Part shown: positions 25,030 through 32,562 of the stretch, piece after piece
How positions within the stretch are numbered: the stretch's first letter is position 1
Layout: every line of letters begins with the position of its first letter
Virus record (IMG/VR): IMGVR_UViG_3300027301_000002
DNA from: a virus
Taxonomy: Duplodnaviria > Heunggongvirae > Uroviricota > Caudoviricetes
Length of the DNA stretch: 64,000 nucleotides
Reading direction: 5' to 3' (one strand)
Translations under genes and position numbers: made by a program
Notes under the pieces: generated by a model
Seen by the model: only the letters and a program-made list of their open reading frames with translations
What the model was told of the DNA's origin: nothing
The model's database searches: none

Positions 25030-25317
25030 ATGGAACAACTAATAGAACCATTCTGCTACATTGCAAATGTCAAAGTTACAGATAAAAATGGCAAACAAGG
25101 GAATAGACCGTTAATTAGATTTCAAGCACCTGACTCGGGATTAAATTTTAATACTTATTACGTTGCGTGCGCATGTGCTTCTGTATACAACATGTTCCTT
25201 GATTATATTGCCGAGAAAGATCAAATAGAATTTGAAAAACAATTCAAAGAGATATTCAATAAGCTTATCGATGAAGGTCTAATAGAAATCATGAAAGACA
25301 AACCAATTTCGGGTTGA
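25030..25317 (+). CDS. hypothetical protein
   Basis: 95 aa; the stop codon overlaps the tRNA-Phe 5' end. Confidence 0.45.
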   Translation: MEQLIEPFCYIANVKVTDKNGKQGNRPLIRFQAPDSGLNFNTYYVACACASVYNMFLDYIAEKDQIEFEKQFKEIFNKLIDEGLIEIMKDKPISG

Positions 25318-25386
25318 TAGCAATGATGGTTCATGCGTCTGTCTGAAGAACAGATCATCTCGGTTCGAATCCGAGTCAACCCACCA
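25311..25386 (+). tRNA. tRNA-Phe (GAA)
   Basis: Perfect acceptor GGGUUGA/UCAACCC, anticodon arm UCUGU-CUGAAGA-ACAGA, T-arm CUCGG-UUCGAAU-CCGAG, A73-CCA. Confidence 0.7.
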
Positions 25387-25391
25387 CTTAT

Positions 25392-25466
25392 GTCGCCGTC
25401 GTCTAATGGTTAGGACGGAGGATTTTCATTCCTCAAATGGGGGTTCGATTCCCCTCGGCGATACCA
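25392..25466 (+). tRNA. tRNA-Glu (UUC)
   Basis: Acceptor GUCGCCG/CGGCGAU, D-arm GUC-UAAUGGUUAG-GAC, anticodon arm GAGGA-UUUUCAU-UCCUC, T-arm GGGGG-UUCGAUU-CCCCU, A73-CCA. Confidence 0.75.
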
Positions 25467-25476
25467 ATTTCAATAC

Positions 25477-25571
25477 GGAGTGTAAACCAAACAGGCGCGT
25501 TGGAACTGTTTGCTAAACAGATTGTGGTTTTGCTAAAAAGCCATCTGGTTCGAGTCCAGTGCACTCCGCCA
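25477..25571 (+). tRNA. tRNA-Ser (GCU), class II
   Basis: Acceptor GGAGUGU/GCACUCC, D-stem CCAA/UUGG, anticodon arm ACUGU-UUGCUAA-ACAGA, long extra arm, T-loop UUCGAGU, G73-CCA. Confidence 0.6.
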
Positions 25572-25577
25572 CTTTAT

Positions 25578-25652
25578 TGTCTCGTAGCTCATCGGTAGAG
25601 CACTTCCCTGATAAGGAATAGGTAGCTGGTTCGATTCCAGTCGGGACAACCA
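25578..25652 (+). tRNA. tRNA-Ile (GAU)
   Basis: Acceptor UGUCUCG/CGGGACA, D-arm GCUC-AUCGGUA-GAGC, anticodon loop CUGAUAA, T-arm GCUGG-UUCGAUU-CCAGU, A73-CCA. Confidence 0.7.
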
Positions 25653-25674
25653 ATTTCAATAACCAATACTAAAA

Positions 25675-25902
25675 ATGAAAAGATATCTTTTGATAGCAGG
25701 CCACGACTATTATCCTGGTGCGGGTACAAGCAATTGGGTTGATTCGTATGATTCATACGAAGAGGCTCTCAATATGGTTGAAACAATGGAAGAAAATAAC
25801 TACGGTAGGTGTGGTTATACTATTGGAGATATGCCATGTGATTGGTATGAAATAGTAGATTTAAACGAATGGAGTCCTCGCAATTCAATTTCAACATATT
25901 AA
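25675..25902 (+). CDS. hypothetical protein
   Basis: 75 aa. Confidence 0.4.
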   Translation: MKRYLLIAGHDYYPGAGTSNWVDSYDSYEEALNMVETMEENNYGRCGYTIGDMPCDWYEIVDLNEWSPRNSISTY

Positions 25903-27005
25903 ATCCAATGCAAACACTTTACAAATACAGTACCAAAGGCGCACCTCTTCAGTGGAGCATTGAAGTAGAAGGTGACAAGTATCGAACGATTGAAGGGCAA
26001 GTAGGAGGCAAGCTGACTACTTCGCAATGGACTATTTGTTTCGCAAAGAATGTTGGTAAGGCAAACGCAACTACGGCAGAAGAACAAGCTCTGAAAAAGG
26101 CTGAATCTATCTATCGCAAGAAAAAGGACGCCGGATTCAGCGAGACATTGGAATCATCTGGTGCGAATTTCTTTGAACCGATGCTTGCTCATAAATGGGA
26201 TCAGCACCCTCTAGCACCTGGTACACCATTGGCTCTTCAGCCCAAACTAGACGGACATAGATGCATTGCGTATCTTAAAGATGGTAAAGTATATCTCCAA
26301 AGTCGAAAGGGCAAACAGATCACTTCATGCACCCATATTGAAAATGCTCTTGAAGATTTATTCAAAGAAAATCAATCTTTTATTCTAGATGGTGAGCTTT
26401 ACAATCATACCATTCCGTTTGAAAAGATTTCGGGGTTAGTTCGTCAAATTGAACACACTGCGGAATGCAAAGATATTCAATATCATGTTTATGATCTTGT
26501 TGATCTAAATAACCGACAACTAACTTTCGACGAAAGAAATTGGCAATTGGTTACAAAGCAATTACGGCTTTGTAATAATGAGCATATAAACATGGTTACT
26601 ACATTGTTCGTAAATGGCAGCGATGCTATTGCGGAGTATGAAAGTGAGTGTGTGGAAGATGGATATGAAGGTATCATGATTCGTGATACTACATCTATCT
26701 ATGAGAATAAAAGATCGAAAGGACTTCTGAAACTCAAACAATTCCAAGACGAAGAATTCAATATTGTCGAAATCAAAGAAGGTCAAGGTAATCGCACCGG
26801 ACTAGCCACAGAAGCAGTATTGGCTCTTGAAGACGGTAGAGCTTTTTCTACTGGAGTTATTGGCAACGAAGAATATGCACGTGGCTTATTTAATGACCGC
26901 GAAAAAGTCAAAGGGATGCTAGCCACAGTAAAATACCAAGGAAAGACTGCACAGGGGATTCCTAGATTTGGTAAAATGAAAATCGTAAGATATGAAGGAT
27001 TCTAA
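25869..27005 (+). CDS. ATP-dependent DNA ligase (T7-like, KxDGxR)
   Basis: Motif I PKLDGHRCIAYL (KxDGxR) with downstream nucleotidyltransferase motifs and a C-terminal OB-like region. The start may be the downstream ATG at 25908. Confidence 0.8.
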   Translation: MESSQFNFNILNPMQTLYKYSTKGAPLQWSIEVEGDKYRTIEGQVGGKLTTSQWTICFAKNVGKANATTAEEQALKKAESIYRKKKDAGFSETLESSGANFFEPMLAHKWDQHPLAPGTPLALQPKLDGHRCIAYLKDGKVYLQSRKGKQITSCTHIENALEDLFKENQSFILDGELYNHTIPFEKISGLVRQIEHTAECKDIQYHVYDLVDLNNRQLTFDERNWQLVTKQLRLCNNEHINMVTTLFVNGSDAIAEYESECVEDGYEGIMIRDTTSIYENKRSKGLLKLKQFQDEEFNIVEIKEGQGNRTGLATEAVLALEDGRAFSTGVIGNEEYARGLFNDREKVKGMLATVKYQGKTAQGIPRFGKMKIVRYEGF

Positions 27006-27007
27006 GT

Positions 27008-27400
27008 ATGAATATATCTTTTAATCATTTCCATAAACTATTATCAGATCCAAGGTTTATAGTAAAATACAAGCATCCTGACTGTACTGATGTTCGGGAG
27101 TGTAGATTCAAACAAAACCTTCTTAAATTTTTTAAAGGCACAAACACTCTGTATGTTGATGCTGATCTGTGGTTTCTGGAAGAATACAACAAAGCAATAT
27201 CTTATGACGAAGAATCGGGTTCTTTCATTCTTCGCAAGAAAGAATATGACATGGAAGAAACTGATGAATTTGAAGTAGTCGAGGGGTGGGACGGATATTG
27301 TGAAACGAGACCGATTATAAAAGTACTCGACACATGGAAACTAATTCCGATTACGTTCACATTTTACGCAAGAGCATCAACAAAAGACTTGATAGGCTAA
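27008..27400 (+). CDS. hypothetical protein
   Basis: 130 aa. Confidence 0.45.
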   Translation: MNISFNHFHKLLSDPRFIVKYKHPDCTDVRECRFKQNLLKFFKGTNTLYVDADLWFLEEYNKAISYDEESGSFILRKKEYDMEETDEFEVVEGWDGYCETRPIIKVLDTWKLIPITFTFYARASTKDLIG

Positions 27401-27424
27401 CAGCCCCGTTGTATAATTGTTTAC

Positions 27425-27500
27425 GCGGTAGTAGCTCAATTGGTAGGGCGTCTGACTTCCACTCAGAATGTTGCAGGTTCGAGTCCTGTCTACCGCACCA
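27425..27500 (+). tRNA. tRNA-Gly (UCC)
   Basis: Perfect acceptor GCGGUAG/CUACCGC, D-arm GCUC-AAUUGGUA-GGGC, anticodon arm UCUGA-CUUCCAC-UCAGA, T-arm GCAGG-UUCGAGU-CCUGU, A73-CCA. Confidence 0.75.
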
Positions 27501-27528
27501 CATTCAACCAAATCAACCAAATCAACAT

Positions 27529-27664
27529 AATGGATATAGACTCAATTATCACTACAATACCAAAATTGATTTATTTCACAAGCATTGGATTTTTAGTTAT
27601 ATTGTACTTTGCATTGATTATCAAAGCATTGGTTATCGCACTCGATGCAATCATTGATTTCTAA
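27529..27664 (+). CDS. small hydrophobic (membrane) peptide
   Basis: MDIDSIITTIPKLIYFTSIGFLVILYFALIIKALVIALDAIIDF. The ORF-track calls 27334..27657 and 27440..27664 are rejected upstream because they cross the tRNA. Confidence 0.3.
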
Positions 27665-27667
27665 AAT

Positions 27668-27964
27668 ATGAGTGGAGGGCATTTTGATTACAATCAATTT
27701 CGATTGACTGACATTTCGAGGGAAATCATGTCCCTTATTAATAGCAATGAAGTTCCAAATGAATTCAGGCAGGCTCGGAAGTATCCTACTGATATTTTAG
27801 ATAAGTTTGAAGTAGCAATGATTATATTAGATACTGCTGCAGATATAGTACATCATATCGATTATCTTGTTGAAGGAGATATTGGAGAAGATACATTCAG
27901 GGAACTATATAACAAAGCAATCAAGGATTTTTGTACCAAACTTGCAGAACATCAACTTACTTAA
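27668..27964 (+). CDS. hypothetical protein
   Basis: 98 aa. Confidence 0.45.
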   Translation: MSGGHFDYNQFRLTDISREIMSLINSNEVPNEFRQARKYPTDILDKFEVAMIILDTAADIVHHIDYLVEGDIGEDTFRELYNKAIKDFCTKLAEHQLT

Positions 27965-27978
27965 CCTTAAATACTCTT

Positions 27979-28452
27979 ATGCCCACTAACGACCAATCTC
28001 TCATCTGTGAAGCGTACGCAGATCAAATCGCATCAAATGCATCCGACTCTGAAGAATATTCGATTTTTATCGAAGCAGAACTAACTGCACCAGCGAAGAC
28101 ATCCAAAGCAATTCAAGCATTTGAAAACATTCTCAAACGATATGATCGAAATGGTGCAATAGCATTAACTCCCGGGGGTGTATATACACGACCTTCAGGT
28201 GACAAGACTGTAGTTGAATATGATGCATATATTAAACGAGGGCGAAGATACATCAATCCAGAAGAAGACAATTCGCGTTATCTTCCGTCATATATCGAAT
28301 CAGCTATCTCTGACTTGTATGATGACCTTGAAGGTTATAACGGTACAGATGACATCGAATTGGAAGGCGAAGATGGAGATCCTCCAGAACACGTCTCAAG
28401 CTTCGAGATTCCTGGTGAGAGGGTGACTATCAGATACGTATTGAGCTACTAA
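27979..28452 (+). CDS. acidic hypothetical protein
   Basis: Start at the internal Met MPTNDQS to avoid overlap; acidic composition. Confidence 0.45.
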   Translation: MPTNDQSLICEAYADQIASNASDSEEYSIFIEAELTAPAKTSKAIQAFENILKRYDRNGAIALTPGGVYTRPSGDKTVVEYDAYIKRGRRYINPEEDNSRYLPSYIESAISDLYDDLEGYNGTDDIELEGEDGDPPEHVSSFEIPGERVTIRYVLSY

Positions 28453-28746
28453 TTTAAATTTGGCATGGACGACTAGACGGACGCATGTCGAGGATATCCA
28501 ACATCAGTTCAACTAGTGACTGCGGGAGAGAACCGCACAATTTGGATGGCGACCCGGCTAGTGAAGGGCTACGTCTGCAAAACGTTTGTTGTTGAGTGCG
28601 ATTCTCAAGCCATCCTCCAATTTTAAAACATGCACACTATACATACAACCACTACAAACAATCAATCTAAACAAGAAGAGCCCCAACGCACTTCTTTGAT
28701 GGTAGCTCCTACTAAATTCTATATTTGGTGTAAAAGCAAATTCAAC

Positions 28747-28974
28747 ATGGCACTAATTTTAAGCATCGGGTTCCTTTTAGTGCAGGGAGTTAATGGGCAA
28801 AATTCTTTTCGATTAAATACATTAGGTTCTGACGGGCCTGATGGTATTTGTGTGCGGAATGGAAATCAATGGGATTGCTATGGGCAACATATTAGCGCAC
28901 CCGAACCAACGAACCCAGGAGTCCTGATGACAGCAGCGGGGGTAGCAGTTATGATGAAAAGAAAGAGGCATTAA
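28747..28974 (+). CDS. small secreted protein with PEP-CTERM-like C-terminal sorting signal
   Basis: Signal peptide MALILSIGFLLVQGVNG. C-terminus SAPEPTNPGVLMTAAGVAVMMKRKRH has a PEP motif, a hydrophobic helix and a basic cluster. Confidence 0.45.
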   Translation: MALILSIGFLLVQGVNGQNSFRLNTLGSDGPDGICVRNGNQWDCYGQHISAPEPTNPGVLMTAAGVAVMMKRKRH

Positions 28975-29073
28975 TTTCTTTTGATTTTTAAAAAACAAAC
29001 AATAAGATGTTGATTTAACACACACCACAAAGTATAATATAAACGAAGATAACATCTTCAACAAAATCAAATT

Positions 29074-29562
29074 ATGAAAACAAAACTACTATCACTAGTA
29101 ATGGCACTCGCAACACAAATGGCATTTGCAGGCTCTCCTGTAACACCTCCAACCCCTGCTACACCAGAAGTTGGATCCACAGGATGGGTTTCAAAGGCAT
29201 TCACAACTGTGGTCCTTGACAATGGTGATGAAACAGTCGGTGGAGGTTTGAGTCTTGAAGCTCCAGTTGTAGGCGATCTGAAAGCAGAACTTACTGTTGG
29301 TGTAGCAGATGACCTTTATACCGTAGGTGGTAATCTTCTCTATTACGTCCCCGTAGGAGAGAAGCTTTCTGTATATGGCTTGGCGGGCGGTGCTTATGAA
29401 TTCGATACAGATCAATGGACCGTACGAACCGGTGGCGGTCTAAGTTATAGTCTTACTAATACCCTCAATCTGTTTGCAGATGCAACCTACAATTTCCTTG
29501 TAGAGAATGATGCCAAGGATGGCGTCGTTGCAATTCGAGCAGGTGTTGGGTTTAAGTTCTGA
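29074..29562 (+). CDS. outer-membrane beta-barrel protein (OmpX/Lom/OMP_b-brl-like)
   Basis: Signal peptide MKTKLLSLVMALATQMAFA, alternating amphipathic strands, C-terminal ...GVGFKF ending in Phe. Confidence 0.55.
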   Translation: MKTKLLSLVMALATQMAFAGSPVTPPTPATPEVGSTGWVSKAFTTVVLDNGDETVGGGLSLEAPVVGDLKAELTVGVADDLYTVGGNLLYYVPVGEKLSVYGLAGGAYEFDTDQWTVRTGGGLSYSLTNTLNLFADATYNFLVENDAKDGVVAIRAGVGFKF

Positions 29563-29634
29563 TTATACTGATCTGAATAGGCGAACGCCACCTGGTAAAG
29601 TGCGTGACAGCCGGAGAGACGGCCTCGTTAATTT

Positions 29635-29709
29635 GGGTGGTTCGTATAACGGATAGTACGCAACGCTACGGACGTTGAGACAGGGGTTCGATTCCTCTAC
29701 TGCCCACCA
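29635..29709 (+). tRNA. tRNA-Arg (ACG)
   Basis: Acceptor GGGUGGU/ACUGCCC, anticodon arm CAACG-CUACGGA-CGUUG, T-arm AGGGG-UUCGAUU-CCUCU, A73-CCA. Confidence 0.65.
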
Positions 29710-29712
29710 TAT

Positions 29713-29787
29713 GCCCAGTTCGTTCAACGGATAGGACAGCGGTCTTCTAAACCGCGAATAGAGGTTCGATTCCTCTACTGGGTACCA
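29713..29787 (+). tRNA. tRNA-Arg (UCU)
   Basis: Acceptor GCCCAGU/ACUGGGU, anticodon arm GCGGU-CUUCUAA-ACCGC, T-arm AGAGG-UUCGAUU-CCUCU, A73-CCA. Confidence 0.7.
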
Positions 29788-29797
29788 TTTTCCATAT

Positions 29798-29874
29798 AGC
29801 CACGTGATGTAATTGGTAAACGTGACGGTCTCAAAAACTGTTTTCTATGGGTTCGAGTCCCATCGTGGCTACCA
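29798..29874 (+). tRNA. tRNA with anticodon CAA (Leu UUG), class I (short variable arm), A73
   Basis: Perfect acceptor AGCCACG/CGUGGCU, D-arm AUGU-AAUUGGUAA-ACGU, anticodon arm ACGGU-CUCAAAA-ACUGU, 5-nt variable loop, T-arm AUGGG-UUCGAGU-CCCAU, A73-CCA. Confidence 0.65.
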
Positions 29875-29875
29875 T

Positions 29876-29952
29876 GCCCTGTGTAGCATATTTAGTTAAT
29901 GTCTTCGCCTGTGAAGCGAACGAAGATGGTGCAATTCCATCCCAGGGAACCA
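29876..29952 (+). tRNA. tRNA-His(GUG)-like gene with imperfect acceptor stem (possible pseudo-tRNA)
   Basis: Anticodon arm UUCGC-CUGUGAA-GCGAA and T-arm GAUGG-UGCAAUU-CCAUC are clean, but the 5'/3' acceptor pairing (GCCCUGU vs CCAGGGA) has terminal mismatches. A-CCA follows. Confidence 0.35.
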
Positions 29953-29954
29953 AT

Positions 29955-30100
29955 TCGCGAATAGTTAATGGTATCGTTCGAAAGATACTAAAGACTAACT
30001 GAGACCCCCATTTCGAAGTTTATAGGTTGAACACCGCAGTTAATCGGTGCGGGAGGTGTGTTCGAGTGCACACGATGGATCAGGTCTCGACAATTTACAT
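29955..30100 (+). ncRNA. irregular structured segment inside the tRNA array (tRNA-like fragments; not a clean cloverleaf)
   Basis: Begins GCGAAUAGUUAAUGGUAUCG (tRNA 5'-like). Contains hairpins GUAUC-GUUCGAAA-GAUAC and CACCG-CAGUUAAU-CGGUG and a T-arm-like GUGUG-UUCGAGUG-CACAC, with no matching acceptor 3' strand. Confidence 0.3.
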
Positions 30101-30102
30101 AT

Positions 30103-30176
30103 GCCCGCATAGCCCAATCGGTAGAGGCACTTGACTTAGGATCAAGAGGTTGGGGGTTCGAATCCCTCTGCGGGTA
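30103..30176 (+). tRNA. tRNA with anticodon UAG (Leu CUN), class I, A73, no encoded CCA
   Basis: Acceptor GCCCGCA/UGCGGGU, anticodon arm CUUGA-CUUAGGA-UCAAG, variable AGGUU, T-arm GGGGG-UUCGAAU-CCCUC, A73 followed by CUU. Confidence 0.6.
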
Positions 30177-30184
30177 CTTTTTAT

Positions 30185-30265
30185 GGGAGTGTTAGCGTAG
30201 CGGCCGAACGCACCAGTTTTACACACTGGCAATCATCACAGGTTCGAATCCTGTCGCTCCTACCA
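30185..30265 (+). tRNA. tRNA-Val (UAC), slightly oversized D and variable regions
   Basis: Acceptor GGGAGUG/CGCUCCU, anticodon arm CCAGU-UUUACAC-ACUGG, T-arm ACAGG-UUCGAAU-CCUGU, A73-CCA; 81 nt. Confidence 0.55.
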
Positions 30266-30271
30266 TTTCAT

Positions 30272-30348
30272 GGCTATATGACGTAATTGGTAAACGTATT
30301 GCATTGAGGATGCAAGTTTTGCAGGTTCGAGTCCTGTTATAGCCACCA
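30272..30348 (+). tRNA. tRNA with anticodon GAG (Leu CUY), class I, A73
   Basis: Perfect acceptor GGCUAUA/UAUAGCC, D-arm ACGU-AAUUGGUAA-ACGU, anticodon arm UUGCA-UUGAGGA-UGCAA, 4-nt variable loop, T-arm GCAGG-UUCGAGU-CCUGU, A73-CCA. Confidence 0.65.
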
Positions 30349-30397
30349 TTTTACTTCATACACTTATATCCTTCTATTTGTGGCATAAGTATTTTAC

Positions 30398-30979
30398 ATG
30401 CCATTTATACCAGCAAGCAGACCTCAAATCACGAAGGAAGAGCTACTAAGCCAAGTAGCTGCAAAGTATCCAGACTTCAAACCAGGAGATAATCTGTGGT
30501 TTTGCGGAGTTCGAGGTTACTATAAGAAGACTATGGGTAATCCATTATCAAACGATCGAGGAATCTATGATGATGCTATTTTCATCATTTCTCCTAATGT
30601 ATTTGCTTCATACAACGCAAATACTGACCCATCAGTCTATCGCAAGCAAACACGCACACGTAAAGGGATTGCTGTGCTGCAACCAGGGGTGTGGCCTGTA
30701 TATGCCTTTGATACACACAATGGAAGTAGACCACATCCAGCGATCTGCCAACGCAGGGGTGAGGTAACAGTTAAAAGAGATGGTGGTGTATTGGACACTG
30801 GATGGTTTGGAATCAACATTCATAGGGGAGGTATTAATGGAACGTCATCCGAAGGATGTCAAACATTTCCACCTAGCCAATGGACTGCGTTCTATAATGC
30901 GGCCAAAACAGAAGCGATCCGCTTATATGGACAAGACTTTGCAAAAGAAACATTTACGTATGTGCTGATTGAGAATTGA
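30398..30979 (+). CDS. YkuD/L,D-transpeptidase-fold protein (possible peptidoglycan L,D-peptidase or endolysin)
   Basis: GINIHRGGINGTSSEGCQTF resembles the YkuD catalytic H...S.GC motif. Confidence 0.45.
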   Translation: MPFIPASRPQITKEELLSQVAAKYPDFKPGDNLWFCGVRGYYKKTMGNPLSNDRGIYDDAIFIISPNVFASYNANTDPSVYRKQTRTRKGIAVLQPGVWPVYAFDTHNGSRPHPAICQRRGEVTVKRDGGVLDTGWFGINIHRGGINGTSSEGCQTFPPSQWTAFYNAAKTEAIRLYGQDFAKETFTYVLIEN

Positions 30980-31014
30980 GTTGATTGCGTACACGCCAGC
31001 GGCGATATTAAAAC

Positions 31015-32031
31015 ATGCAAATCATCGACGACCTCAAATCAGAAATCAAATCCTACAACGTTCGGCCATTCAGTGCGGCAGATCTTAATTGCAGCAAAGA
31101 TGGCGTTTACATCCACGACAATAAGATCAATACGACACAGTTCAACGATCTCATGGATGTGATTGGCCTTCGAGCTCGCCTTACTAATGGTGTGCTCAAG
31201 GAACCAGATCAAAATTGGAAGCCGTTGCAAGAGGCTCTGCAGACCATCGATCGCAACAAGCGGTTTGGTTATATTGCGGACAAGAAAGAGAATATTACCT
31301 GTGTGATCAAAGACGGACCATCTGAAGCGACCCAGCTAGACTACGATGATCGTATTGATGATTTGGTGAATAGCATCATCGCCTCTGAAAATAGCATTAG
31401 CCGTGCCTATTTCAGTCCAGAGAATGCAACCTTCTTCATTGACACTACTGGATCTGATGAAATCAATTGTGGTGATGGTGATCTTTGGAAATTTGGTGTG
31501 ACTACTCAGATCGGTCTCGTATCACAGAAATATTCAAATTATTTCCTCCGTTTGCTGTGCACGAATGGGATGACAACTCGTGAGAATCTTGTTTACCGCC
31601 AAGCCCATAAAACAAAGAATGTTGGGCGTCAGTTCCTTAACTTCATCAAAGAAAACAATGCATCTTCTTTGATTGCCCCGCGGGTAGAAAAGATGAAGAA
31701 CCATCGTGCATCATTCTACGAAATGGAAGCAGTTGCTGATGTATTGACTACAGACCAACAAGATGTCCTGATGCCTGATTGGTATCTCGATACTATCATC
31801 GAACATAAGAATCGTGGTATCGATCTTAGCGAAATGCCAGCAAAGCAACAGCGTTTGGTTTATACGAAAGTCAATAACTACGATGTCTTCAATTTGGCTA
31901 CGGCTCTCTCGAGCCATCACCGAGATGAAATTGGCACCAATACCGCGTTGGGTCTTAATAAGGTTGCTGGCGAAATGTTCATCAACGGACCACAACTCCT
32001 GCACAATGTGATCAATATTTACGATAATTGA
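31015..32031 (+). CDS. hypothetical protein
   Basis: 338 aa. Confidence 0.55.
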   Translation: MQIIDDLKSEIKSYNVRPFSAADLNCSKDGVYIHDNKINTTQFNDLMDVIGLRARLTNGVLKEPDQNWKPLQEALQTIDRNKRFGYIADKKENITCVIKDGPSEATQLDYDDRIDDLVNSIIASENSISRAYFSPENATFFIDTTGSDEINCGDGDLWKFGVTTQIGLVSQKYSNYFLRLLCTNGMTTRENLVYRQAHKTKNVGRQFLNFIKENNASSLIAPRVEKMKNHRASFYEMEAVADVLTTDQQDVLMPDWYLDTIIEHKNRGIDLSEMPAKQQRLVYTKVNNYDVFNLATALSSHHRDEIGTNTALGLNKVAGEMFINGPQLLHNVINIYDN

Positions 32032-32081
32032 TATGGCGAGCCAAATAGTTATCAATACCTTAAATAAGTATTGATAATAAA

Positions 32082-32411
32082 ATGGATACAGAAAAAACTA
32101 TTGTTGATCGATTCGCCGAAGGCGGTTGGATTGTTTCTCTCATAGGAGCCGGTGGTATGCTGGCTAGAATCTTACACAGCAATGCAAAGTATAGCATCGG
32201 TTCTTATGTGAGAAAAATCCTTGCCGCTGGAATTTCAAGTAGCATTTCATGGTTCATACTCGAGCAATCAGATTTCAGTAGCTTTACTAAAGCATTAATT
32301 TACGGCATAGTTGGGGTTGTAAGCCCCGAGGTAATTGAAGGAGTGATTTTGATTTTCAAAAAATTCTTCGAAAAGCCCCAATTAATCATTGATTTCATTT
32401 TGAGACGTTAG
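32082..32411 (+). CDS. membrane protein, holin-like
   Basis: 109 aa with 2-3 predicted TM segments (GGWIVSLIGAGGMLARIL; ALIYGIVGVVSP). Confidence 0.4.
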   Translation: MDTEKTIVDRFAEGGWIVSLIGAGGMLARILHSNAKYSIGSYVRKILAAGISSSISWFILEQSDFSSFTKALIYGIVGVVSPEVIEGVILIFKKFFEKPQLIIDFILRR

Positions 32412-32562
32412 TAATATAACATATGAGCAAATTTCAAGCAGGCAAAGGACCAAAGCGACGTAAAGGAGAAAATCCTAAAAAGTTTAGCAACGGCTGGGAT
32501 TTGATTAATTGGTCTTCAAAAAATAAAAAAGACATGAATGAACCAGGAGGCAGCGTCAAACC

